A DNA stretch of 35,287 bases, from positions 1 through 35,287 of the forward strand of contig CANPWX010000003.1 of the NCBI GenBank assembly GCA_947585065.1, read 5' to 3'. A program made the position numbers and the translations under genes. Source of the stretch: an uncultured Bacilli bacterium (lineage in GTDB: Bacteria; Bacillota_I; Bacilli_A; RF39; UBA660). The notes beneath the pieces are model-generated. The model ran no database searches, had not been told where the DNA came from, and was given only the letters and a program-made list of their open reading frames with translations. Positions 26,839-35,287 of this stretch are shown piece by piece (within the stretch, counting starts at the first letter, position 1; every line of letters starts with the position of its first letter).

Positions 26839-27399
26839 ATGAAAAATCGTTTAATTGTAATTGAAGGCCCTCAAGGGACAGGGAAAACAACATTAGCAAA
26901 TTATTTAAGAGAGGCGATTGCCAGTTCCAATTTATATCGACTATCAGGGCAAAAAGAAAAAAAACAAGAAGGCAAGCTATTGAGTCAAAAAATGTATGAA
27001 GCATTATTAAGTTATTTAAAAAACATGGAAAATATCCCAATGGATTTAATTTTTGATCGCAGCTTTTTTACAGAAGAAGTATATTCCCGATTAGGATATA
27101 AAGAATATTCTTTCACAGACGTTTATAATGAATTATTAAAAGAATTTTGCCAATTAAATTATGAAATTTATATCATAGTCCTTTATTTAAAAAAAGAAGA
27201 ATTATATGAACAAAGATTACAAAGAGAAATGCATCATAATTATCAAACTTTTAGTTTAGAAAATTCAGTGAATCAACAAAATATGTATTTACAACTAGCA
27301 AAAGAACTAAAAGAAAAGAATTTAAAAGTAATAACACTAGAAATGGATCAATTTGATACAGCCTACCAACAAATCAAAAAAATATTAAAAATAGAATAG
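26839..27399 (+). CDS. P-loop (deoxy)nucleoside monophosphate/thymidylate kinase-like protein
   Basis: LIVIEGPQGTGKTT Walker A; IFDRSFFTEEVY DR motif. ATG 26839 is the likelier start. Confidence 0.7.
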   Translation: MKNRLIVIEGPQGTGKTTLANYLREAIASSNLYRLSGQKEKKQEGKLLSQKMYEALLSYLKNMENIPMDLIFDRSFFTEEVYSRLGYKEYSFTDVYNELLKEFCQLNYEIYIIVLYLKKEELYEQRLQREMHHNYQTFSLENSVNQQNMYLQLAKELKEKNLKVITLEMDQFDTAYQQIKKILKIE

Positions 27400-27412
27400 A
27401 AAAGAGTAAATT

Positions 27413-29862
<2,450 letters not shown>

Positions 29863-29870
<8 letters not shown>

Positions 29871-29890
29871 GCGATTACTCGCTTATTTTT
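29863..29890. terminator. Bidirectional intrinsic terminator
   Basis: AAAAATAGGCGA-ttac-TCGCTTATTTTT between convergent genes. Confidence 0.8.
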
Positions 29891-30245
29891 GTTTGCCATT
29901 AATACCGACCATAGATCCAAAAGTACTGGATAGAATAAGAACAAGATAATATAAAAGACGTTCAAAAGAAAATCCAGTTCGATAAAAAAGTAAATTAATA
30001 ACAATCAGTAAAAAAATTAAACAAGTGCCAATTTTGATTCCTTCTAAATATCCTTTTTTTTCTGCTTTTTTCCCCCAATAAAAACCAATGAAAAACAAGA
30101 CAAGAATCATTCCAAGAAATATCCAAAGATCCATACCCTTTGTATAGAAAATTTGAAAATAATTTAGTACAGCAAGAAGAAAAGAAAAAAGAAGTAAAAT
30201 TCCTAAAAAAATTCCAATCGTTTTTCCATACTTTTCCAATTTCAT
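29883..30245 (-). CDS. TIGR04086/YrzE-like 4-TM membrane protein
   Basis: Four TMs, GFYWGKKAEKKGYLEG motif, ends FGSMVGIN; same position and orientation as B. subtilis yrzE; ATG 30245 after AGGTGA. Confidence 0.8.
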   Translation of the reverse strand: MKLEKYGKTIGIFLGILLLFSFLLAVLNYFQIFYTKGMDLWIFLGMILVLFFIGFYWGKKAEKKGYLEGIKIGTCLIFLLIVINLLFYRTGFSFERLLYYLVLILSSTFGSMVGINGKQK

Positions 30246-30317
30246 TCCAATCACCTAATAAAATATATGAATGATTAAAAAATATAGAAGCAAACCATAA
30301 TAAAGATAGGTGATAGC

Positions 30318-30965
30318 ATGGAAGAATTATTAAATGTTTTATTAAGAACTACTTTCTTTTACTTTTTTATCGTTCTTTTGTATCGCTTAATGGGAAAAAG
30401 AGAAATAGGTCAACTAGGAATCATTGATTTAATTGTCTCAATTTTAATTGCCGAATTAGTAGCAATATCAATTGAAGAACCAGATAAATCTCTTTGGCTT
30501 ACTATCCTTCCATTAAGTTTATTAGGACTTTTAGAAATTGTTCTTGCCTATATTAGTATTAAATCAAGAACATTTAGAAAAATCTTTGATGGAAAACCAT
30601 CTCTCATTATTTGCAATGGAAAAGTAAACTACCGCGAAATGGTAAAACAAAGATATAGTATGGATGATTTACTATTAAGTTTAAGACAAAAAGAAATTAA
30701 AGATTTAAGAGAAATAGAGTACGCATTCCTAGAACCAAATGGCAAACTTTCTATTTTTAAATACAATTTTTTCTCTTTTCACTCCGCTTATCCAATGCCA
30801 TTAATTTTAGATGGAGAAATCAATAAGAAAACACTCGAATATCTTCATAAAGATCGAGCTTGGTTAGAAAAAGAAATTCAGCAAAAAGAATTAGAAATAA
30901 AAGATATTTTTTATGCTTTCTATAAAGGAAATAAAATTTATTTAATGAAAAAAAGTGAAAAATAG
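30318..30965 (+). CDS. DUF421 (YrbG/YetF) membrane protein
   Basis: RLMGKREIGQL..ID, GKPSLII.NG, LRQK, AFLEPNGKLS, LILDGEI. Confidence 0.92.
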   Translation: MEELLNVLLRTTFFYFFIVLLYRLMGKREIGQLGIIDLIVSILIAELVAISIEEPDKSLWLTILPLSLLGLLEIVLAYISIKSRTFRKIFDGKPSLIICNGKVNYREMVKQRYSMDDLLLSLRQKEIKDLREIEYAFLEPNGKLSIFKYNFFSFHSAYPMPLILDGEINKKTLEYLHKDRAWLEKEIQQKELEIKDIFYAFYKGNKIYLMKKSEK

Positions 30966-30978
30966 AAAAATCCCTTTT

Positions 30979-31012
30979 TTCGACATGATTTTCACTTTTC
31001 TTTTGCTATAAT
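30979..31012 (+). promoter_or_regulatory. Putative Spo0A box plus extended -10 (Spo0A-activated sigmaA-type promoter)
   Basis: TTCGACA (perfect 0A box, reverse of TGTCGAA), 21 nt, then TATAAT with TG extension; no canonical -35 at 17 nt. Confidence 0.55.
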
Positions 31013-31030
31013 GCAGTTGGTGATGTTTAA

Positions 31031-31456
31031 ATGAAGCAAAAATTTTTAGCCTGTTTATTAGCAATTGTTGTAGGTTTTATTTTATCGATTCCCATTTTTA
31101 TTTTTAAACCAGTAAAAAATAATGAAGAATTATCTTTTCAAGTATTACAAGTAGGAGTCTATTCCAATTTAGAAAATGCTAGCATCGAAAAAAATAAATT
31201 TGAAGATGCCATTATTTATGAAGATAATGGTTTCTATCGTGTCTTAGTAGGTGCTTCTACTTCAAAAGAAAATATGGAAAAAATAAAAAAAGTTTTAGAA
31301 GAACAAAATATATCTTACTATCAAAAAGAATTAAAAATAGTGACAGAAAACAAAAATGTCATTTCCAATTATAATCTTTTATTAGAAAAAGCAGAAGAAA
31401 AAGAAACGATTTTATTATTAAATCAAAAAATATTAGAAAATATGGTGAACTTATGA
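31031..31456 (+). CDS. Single-TM SPOR-like domain protein (SpoIIB position)
   Basis: N-terminal TM, VLQVGVYSNLENA and YRVLVG SPOR pattern; lies upstream of radC as spoIIB does in B. subtilis. Confidence 0.65.
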   Translation: MKQKFLACLLAIVVGFILSIPIFIFKPVKNNEELSFQVLQVGVYSNLENASIEKNKFEDAIIYEDNGFYRVLVGASTSKENMEKIKKVLEEQNISYYQKELKIVTENKNVISNYNLLLEKAEEKETILLLNQKILENMVNL

Positions 31457-32127
31457 GAATAAAAGATTTACCAGAAGAAGAAAAACCAAGAGAAAAAGCT
31501 CAAAAAATAGGAATTGAAAATTTATCAAATGTCGAATTGCTTTCAATTTTATTACGAACGGGAACAAAAAATAGTTCTGTAAAAGAATTAAGTATAGAAA
31601 TATTAAACGAAATAAAAGACATTCATAAATTAACAAATATGCGTATTCCTGCCTTAACCAAAATAAAAGGAATAGGAAAGACAAAAGCAATCACTTTATT
31701 ATCTGCAGTAGAATTAGGAAAAAGAGTTCTATCAGAAAACAAAAACTCTTCTTTAAAAATAAAAAATACAAAAGATATCTATAATGCCTACCAAGGAATG
31801 TTTCAAAAAGAAACCCAAGAAAAATTTTATGTTTTGTTTTTAAATCCAAAAAATGAAGTCATTAACGAAAAACTGATATTTATAGGAACTGCTAATCAAA
31901 CTCTCATTCATCCTCGTGATATTTATAAAGAAGCAATATTAAATAATGCAACAAAAATTATTTGTATTCACAATCATCCAAGTGGAGATGTAACTCCAAG
32001 TAAAGAAGACGTGAGAGCAACACTGCGAATGAAAGATGTTGGAAATCTTGTAGGAATACCCTTATTAGATCATGTAATTTTAGGATCAAACTCTTATTAC
32101 AGCTTTTTAGAAGGAGGCTATTTATGA
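31453..32127 (+). CDS. radC: RadC family JAB-domain protein
   Basis: PREK, LSNVELLSILLRTG, GIGKTKA, QE.F, HPRDI, HNHPSGD..PS.ED, LDHVI. Confidence 0.96.
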   Translation: MRIKDLPEEEKPREKAQKIGIENLSNVELLSILLRTGTKNSSVKELSIEILNEIKDIHKLTNMRIPALTKIKGIGKTKAITLLSAVELGKRVLSENKNSSLKIKNTKDIYNAYQGMFQKETQEKFYVLFLNPKNEVINEKLIFIGTANQTLIHPRDIYKEAILNNATKIICIHNHPSGDVTPSKEDVRATLRMKDVGNLVGIPLLDHVILGSNSYYSFLEGGYL

Positions 32128-32783
32128 AAAAAACAACTCTCTTTTTCTTTCTCTTTTTTTTCCTACTATTTGTAGAAGTAATGCTAGACTATACCTATTC
32201 TATTTTTTTTCGTACAGATAATAATTTAAAAGAAAATAGAGTATCCCTTTCGGAATATGAAACATTAAAAAAAGAGTACGAAGAGTTAACTCAAAACCTA
32301 GAATTTTTAAATACAGTGAAAGAAGAAAATCAAATTAGTAAAGTCTTCCTTCATGATCCCTATCTGTTTATGGATCAAATAACAATTTTAAAAGGAAAAG
32401 AAGAGGGCGTATCCATTGGAGACTACGTTTACAATGAAAAAGGATTGATTGGAAAAATTATCGAAGTAAAAAACCACTCAAGTATTGTAGAATTAGTAAC
32501 TAATAGCCATACAGTATTACCAGTTACGATTAATGAATCCTTTGGAATATTAAAAAAAGAAGGGGAAAATTTAGTCGTAAAAAATATTACGAGTAAAGAA
32601 CCAATCGCGGTAGGAAGTATTGTTAAAACCTCTCCCTATTCGCAGATATTAGGAAATATTCCAGTCGCAACGGTGGAAAGTGTCAAACAAGGTCCCATCG
32701 AAACAACTTTAATTGTGAAACCCATCATTCAAATAGAATCTCTAAATTACTGTGTAATTGGAAAGGAGAAAAAAAATGAATAA
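32124..32783 (+). CDS. mreC: Rod shape-determining protein MreC
   Basis: TM plus coiled coil, ITILKG.EEGV..G..V....GLIGKI, VKTS, IPVATV. Confidence 0.85.
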   Translation: MKKTTLFFFLFFFLLFVEVMLDYTYSIFFRTDNNLKENRVSLSEYETLKKEYEELTQNLEFLNTVKEENQISKVFLHDPYLFMDQITILKGKEEGVSIGDYVYNEKGLIGKIIEVKNHSSIVELVTNSHTVLPVTINESFGILKKEGENLVVKNITSKEPIAVGSIVKTSPYSQILGNIPVATVESVKQGPIETTLIVKPIIQIESLNYCVIGKEKKNE

Positions 32784-33135
32784 ATATTTTCCTCTCTATT
32801 TTTTCTTTTCCTTCTTTCCTTTTTCACATAAAATATTTTTTCCATGTATTCTTTTTTTAGGCTTGTACTTTGATAAAGTTCTCTATAATTTTCCTTTTTT
32901 GCATACAATCCTATTTACTCTTTTTTATGGAATAGTAAGAATATTTCCACCACCAAGAAATAGAAAAAAAGCTTATTTAGAAACCACAATTTTTCTTTCC
33001 ATTTATTTTTTCGTTTTGTATTTATATACCCAAAATTTTTCTTTCTCTTTTTTTATCATTCAAATTCTTTGGAATGGATTAATGATTAGTCTTCTTTTTA
33101 AAAAAGGTCGAATTTATGTCAAGAAAAGAAAATAA
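32776..33135 (+). CDS. Small very hydrophobic membrane protein, possibly divergent MreD
   Basis: About four TM helices; overlaps the mreC stop; AAGGAG RBS before ATG 32776. Identity inferred from position only. Confidence 0.5.
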   Translation: MNKYFPLYFFFSFFPFSHKIFFPCILFLGLYFDKVLYNFPFLHTILFTLFYGIVRIFPPPRNRKKAYLETTIFLSIYFFVLYLYTQNFSFSFFIIQILWNGLMISLLFKKGRIYVKKRK

Positions 33136-33137
33136 TC

Positions 33138-33167
33138 TTGAAACAAAAAAGAAAAATATGTTATCTT
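33138..33167 (+). promoter_or_regulatory. Putative sigmaA promoter of dut
   Basis: TTGAAA-18nt-TATCTT with TG extension. Confidence 0.5.
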
Positions 33168-33185
33168 AAATAGAGGAGGATAGTA

Positions 33186-33644
33186 ATGAAAAAAAGAGGA
33201 ATAGAAATTGTCAAAGGTTATGAAAAAAAAGACATTCATTTACCAATTAGAAAAACAAAATTTTCAGCTGGATATGATGTAGAAGCTGCAGAAGACAAAA
33301 TCATACCTATTTTTACACCTGGGATGAAACCGGTTCTAGTATCAACCGGATTAAAAGCATATTGTCAAGATGACGAATATATCATGCTCGTAAATCGAAG
33401 TTCTGGTCCCAAAAAAGGCCTCATTCTTGCGAACGGGATAGGCATCGTAGATCATGATTATTATGGAAATGAAACCAATGATGGCGAAATATTTTTTCAA
33501 TTTATCAATTGTTCGAATGAAGAAATTCAAATTCATAAAGGAGATGTGATCGGACAAATGATTTTTCAAAAATATTTAATGATTGATAATGATAAACCTT
33601 CCGATACCATTCGTCAAGGTGGCTTTGGCTCAACAGATAAGTAG
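33186..33644 (+). CDS. dut: Trimeric dUTPase
   Basis: SAGYD, VSTG, RSS, GIVDHDYY, IGQMIF, RQGGFGST motifs. Confidence 0.96.
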   Translation: MKKRGIEIVKGYEKKDIHLPIRKTKFSAGYDVEAAEDKIIPIFTPGMKPVLVSTGLKAYCQDDEYIMLVNRSSGPKKGLILANGIGIVDHDYYGNETNDGEIFFQFINCSNEEIQIHKGDVIGQMIFQKYLMIDNDKPSDTIRQGGFGSTDK

Positions 33645-33665
33645 GAATAAAAAACCTACTTTTTT
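33639..33665 (+). terminator. Intrinsic terminator after dut
   Basis: AAGTAGG-aataaaaaa-CCTACTT followed by a T run. Confidence 0.7.
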
Positions 33666-33673
33666 CATAGACT
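33645..33673 (+). promoter_or_regulatory. Putative sigmaE (mother-cell) promoter of spoIVFAB
   Basis: gaATA-16nt-CATAGACT fits the sigmaE consensus ATa-N16-18-CATAcanT. Confidence 0.5.
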
Positions 33674-33690
33674 GAAATGGGTGATAATAA

Positions 33691-34305
33691 ATGAGTGAAT
33701 ACGATTTAGCAATGGCTCGTCATAAGAAACGAAAGCAAAAGAAAGAAACAATGAAAGAAGATTTAAAATTGAGCAAAATATTTAGTAAAGTTCTCTTAAG
33801 TATCATTTTTGTCTTAGCAAGCACAATTTATATAAAATTATCCGATCAAAATAAAGAATTTTTTAAAACTCATTTGTTTGAAAACAATTTAGCCTTTACT
33901 CAAGTAAATTCTTGGTATCATAATACATTTGGAAATATCCTTCCTAGTGTACAAGAACCAAATGTTTCTTATGTTGGAAATATGAATGAAATAGAAACAA
34001 AAGAAAGATATTTAGATGGCTATAAGATAACAACTCAAAAAAATACGCCAATAACAGCAATATCAGGTGGATTATTTATCTATATGGGAGAAAAAGAAGG
34101 ATATGAAAATACCTATATTATTCAAGGAGTCGATGGAGTAGACATTTGGTACGGAAATATTACTGATACAGATTTAAAACTATATGATTACGTCGATGCT
34201 GGAACCATTTTAGGAGTAAGTGAAGATGATTACTACTATATAGTAATGGAAAGTGGAGGAAAATACCTAACCTATGAAGAATATGATTCGAAAGTTTCAT
34301 CTTGA
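33691..34305 (+). CDS. spoIVFA: SpoIVFA-like protein with degenerate M23/LytM domain
   Basis: Basic N-terminus, TM, F..VNSWY...FG, IIQ..DG..IWYGNI (M23 Zn ligands lost); adjacent to an M50 protease and upstream of rplU. Confidence 0.8.
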   Translation: MSEYDLAMARHKKRKQKKETMKEDLKLSKIFSKVLLSIIFVLASTIYIKLSDQNKEFFKTHLFENNLAFTQVNSWYHNTFGNILPSVQEPNVSYVGNMNEIETKERYLDGYKITTQKNTPITAISGGLFIYMGEKEGYENTYIIQGVDGVDIWYGNITDTDLKLYDYVDAGTILGVSEDDYYYIVMESGGKYLTYEEYDSKVSS

Positions 34306-35047
34306 TCTATCGACTCTTTTTTTCTTTCTCCTTTCTTTTTGCTGTGGATATTTTAAACAAACAATCCTTACATTTGCAATTGTACTTTGGCACGAACTAG
34401 GACATATACTTGCCATAAAAATTTGTAAATATCGCTTTTTACGTGTTGAACTCTATCCTTTTGGAGGAATCACAAAAATCGAAAAACCAATTAACTCTTC
34501 TATAAATAAAGAAATAATCATTTCCCTTTCTGGAGTAGGAATGCAATTTCTTCTTTTTTTTGTAAACTTTGTTTTATTAAAAAAAAATATGTATCTTTTA
34601 TCTACCTATGAATTTATCAAAACAGCCAATACTTATATATTATTATTCAATCTTCTACCCATCATTCCTTTAGATGGAAGTAGAACGATTCATAGTCTAT
34701 TAGAAAAATATCTTTCCTATGAAAAATCATATTTTTGGTATGAAGTGATTTCCATTTGCTCTTTATTTCTATTTTGCATAGGAAATATTATTTTTTCTTT
34801 TGATAATTATTTTATATGTGGTGTATTAATTACTCAATTCTTTATTTTAAAAAAGCAAAAAAAATACTTCATTCAAAGATTTTATTTAGAAAGGTATTTA
34901 CGAGAGTATCCTTATAAAAGAATAGAAAATAATTCCTCTAAAAACATTCACGTTTTAAAAAAAGAAACTCTTCATTTTTTTAAAGAAGAAAATAAATTTA
35001 TTCATGAGAAAACATTACTCCAAAAATATTTTTCTGAGTTTCACTAA
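34283..35047 (+). CDS. spoIVFB: SpoIVFB-like M50 intramembrane metalloprotease
   Basis: HELGH, LYPFGG, FNLLPIIPLDG, RFYLERY; syntenic with spoIVFA and rplU. Confidence 0.85.
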   Translation: MIRKFHLDLSTLFFFLLSFCCGYFKQTILTFAIVLWHELGHILAIKICKYRFLRVELYPFGGITKIEKPINSSINKEIIISLSGVGMQFLLFFVNFVLLKKNMYLLSTYEFIKTANTYILLFNLLPIIPLDGSRTIHSLLEKYLSYEKSYFWYEVISICSLFLFCIGNIIFSFDNYFICGVLITQFFILKKQKKYFIQRFYLERYLREYPYKRIENNSSKNIHVLKKETLHFFKEENKFIHEKTLLQKYFSEFH

Positions 35048-35073
35048 ATTCGTTAACAAAGGTGCGATTTTAT

Positions 35074-35102
35074 TTGACAAACAAAATAACTTTTGATAGA
35101 AT
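35074..35102 (+). promoter_or_regulatory. sigmaA promoter of the rplU operon
   Basis: TTGACA-17nt-TAGAAT with TG extension. Confidence 0.85.
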
Positions 35103-35108
35103 GAATAT

Positions 35109-35195
35109 GTTTTGAAGAAACAAAAGTTGTTTCATTTAAAACCGCACAAGAAGGGTTATAAAAACAAATCGTTACCTTTCCTTGGCGAGTCTTAT
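35109..35195 (+). ncRNA. L21 leader (ribosomal protein leader RNA)
   Basis: CCGCAC (35142) and GGCGAGTC (35184) flank the pairing CAAG.AGG / CCT...CTTG; 5' hairpin GAAACAA/TTGTTTC; directly upstream of rplU. Confidence 0.8.
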
Positions 35196-35213
35196 AACGA
35201 AAAGGAGGTTAAA

Positions 35214-35287
35214 ATGAAAGCAATCTTTGTTACAGGTGGAAAACAATACTATGTAGAAGAAGGAAGTACCATTTATGTTGAAAAATT
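35214..35287 (+). CDS. rplU: 50S ribosomal protein L21, 5' part (runs off window)
   Basis: MKAIFVTGGKQYYVEEGSTIYVEK; AAGGAGG RBS. Confidence 0.95.
   Translation, partial: MKAIFVTGGKQYYVEEGSTIYVEK

Noticed and set aside
31453-32127. radC as a marker of a mobile or anti-defence element
   Set aside because: This is the full-length chromosomal form in its conserved position before mreC.

Overview
AT-rich chromosomal segment (standard code 11) from a streamlined Bacilli/Firmicute. It resembles uncultured gut RF39-type Bacilli, which is an inference from gene content and order. Most of it is the conserved Bacillus-like backbone: rimM-trmD, priA-fmt-rlmN-prpC-prkC-rsgA-rpe/rpmB, dnaE-polC, rpmG-efp, ruvAB-queA-tgt, yrzE/yrbG, radC-mreCD-spoIVFA-spoIVFB-L21 leader-rplU. 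Two ribosomal protein genes (L28, L33), the start of rplU and the frameshifted RuvB C-terminus are missing from the ORF track. Main oddities: (1) a promoter- and terminator-bounded four-gene unit coupling a GT-C-like membrane protein, a monomeric [FeFe]-hydrogenase and two Cys-rich type IV prepilins; (2) a tandem ThyX whose catalytic motifs are split between its two halves; (3) dnaE and polC back-to-back, with a ~64-aa insertion in PolC; (4) a variant TGT substrate pocket; (5) sporulation-type genes with Spo0A-like and sigmaE-like promoter geometry, but no mreB or minCD in their usual slot; (6) two broken junctions (an asnB::trmH chimera at the window start and an internal deletion plus frameshift in ruvB) that may be assembly artefacts. 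No CRISPR array, tRNA, rRNA or mobile element was seen. All family calls come from motif recognition, not database searches.
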